Shown here one piece after another: positions 63,255-64,000 of a stretch of 64,000 nucleotides of DNA. The first letter of the stretch is position 1, and every line of letters begins with the position of its first letter. Made by a program: the position numbers and the translations under genes. The notes below the pieces were generated by a model. It had not been told where the DNA came from. It was given only the letters and a program-made list of their open reading frames with translations, and did no database searches. The stretch is from an uncultured Chromatiaceae bacterium (GTDB lineage: Bacteria > Pseudomonadota > Gammaproteobacteria > Tenderiales > Tenderiaceae): positions 5,654 to 69,653 of the forward strand of contig CALZIQ010000002.1 in NCBI GenBank assembly GCA_945787735.1. The letters run 5' to 3'.

Positions 63255-64000
63255 ATGTCTAAGGACGATGCGCGTTTTGTCAGCCGATTAACTCGCGACA
63301 CCCTCGCCCTCATTTTGGCAGGCGGGCGAGGATCTCGACTAAAACAGTTAACTACTTGGCGGGTAAAACCGTCGGTTCCGTTTGGTGGAAAATTTCGAAT
63401 CATCGACTTTCCTTTGTCAAATTGCATTAATTCGGGCATTCGCCGAATTGGTGTGCTCACCCAATATAAATCGCATTCATTGATACGCCACATCCAACAG
63501 GGCTGGGGTTACTTTCGTGGTGAGTTTGGTGAGTTCATCGAGATCTTGCCAGCACAACAGCGTATTCAGGAATCCTGGTATTCAGGCACGGCCGATGCGA
63601 TATATCAGAACATCGACATTATTCGTGCTCACAACCCGGAGTATGTCTTGCTGCTTGCTGGCGATCATATCTACAAGATGGACTATGGCCCCATGCTGGC
63701 CTATCACGCCGAAAATGATGCAGACATGACCATCGGTTGTCTCGAGGTTCCTTTAGAAGAAGCCAAGGCCTTTGGTGTGATGAGTGTGGATACTGAGGGG
63801 CGCATCATAGACTTCAATGAAAAGCCCGCCAATCCTCAGCCGGTCCCCGGTCAGGACGATGTGGCGCTGGCCTCGATGGGCATCTATATTTTCAACACAC
63901 GTTTTCTCTATGAACAACTGATTCGCGATGCGGATGATCCTGGTTCCAGCCACGATTTCGGCAAGGACATCATCCCATCGGTGATCGATAATTACCGTGT
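63255..64000 (+). CDS. glgC: Glucose-1-phosphate adenylyltransferase, 5' part (runs off window; not in ORF track)
   Basis: [29 protein letters not shown]...[20 protein letters not shown]...GTADAIYQN...[10 protein letters not shown]. Confidence 0.96.
   Translation, partial: MSKDDARFVSRLTRDTLALILAGGRGSRLKQLTTWRVKPSVPFGGKFRIIDFPLSNCINSGIRRIGVLTQYKSHSLIRHIQQGWGYFRGEFGEFIEILPAQQRIQESWYSGTADAIYQNIDIIRAHNPEYVLLLAGDHIYKMDYGPMLAYHAENDADMTIGCLEVPLEEAKAFGVMSVDTEGRIIDFNEKPANPQPVPGQDDVALASMGIYIFNTRFLYEQLIRDADDPGSSHDFGKDIIPSVIDNYR

Overview
Chromosomal segment of a gammaproteobacterium, made mostly of housekeeping blocks: trpF(partial)-trpBA-accD-folC-dedD-cvpA-purF-metZ; ppsA; pgm; htpG-hslR; hemH; lpxH-ppi-cysS; glrK-qseG-glrR; cmoM; nsrR; folD; msrA; a MacAB-like ABC exporter; lysR/leuCDB-asd-usg-fimV; glgB/glgC(partial). 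Accessory modules lie between them. (1) A GtrB/GT-C/methyltransferase glycosylation cassette. (2) A group 3b [NiFe] hydrogenase operon with an inserted four-helix-bundle gene and a frameshifted maturation protease. (3) An uncharacterised ECF sigma / zinc anti-sigma / ~50% Asp+Glu secreted protein / TPR-beta-barrel operon carrying two identically spaced ECF promoter motifs; this is the best candidate for an undescribed system. (4) A GlrKR-type sigma54 enhancer-promoter pointing at an N-acyltransferase rather than glmY. Non-coding signals read from the DNA: a SAM-II riboswitch coupled to a terminator, a 159-bp MITE with TTAG duplication, a GTAG-REP pair, 9-bp tandem operator repeats, and sigma32, CRP-like, NsrR-like and LysR sites. 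Two small ORFs below the ORF-track cutoff were also found. No rRNA, tRNA, CRISPR array, transposase or prophage was seen. All family assignments come from motif recognition by eye; no database searches were run.
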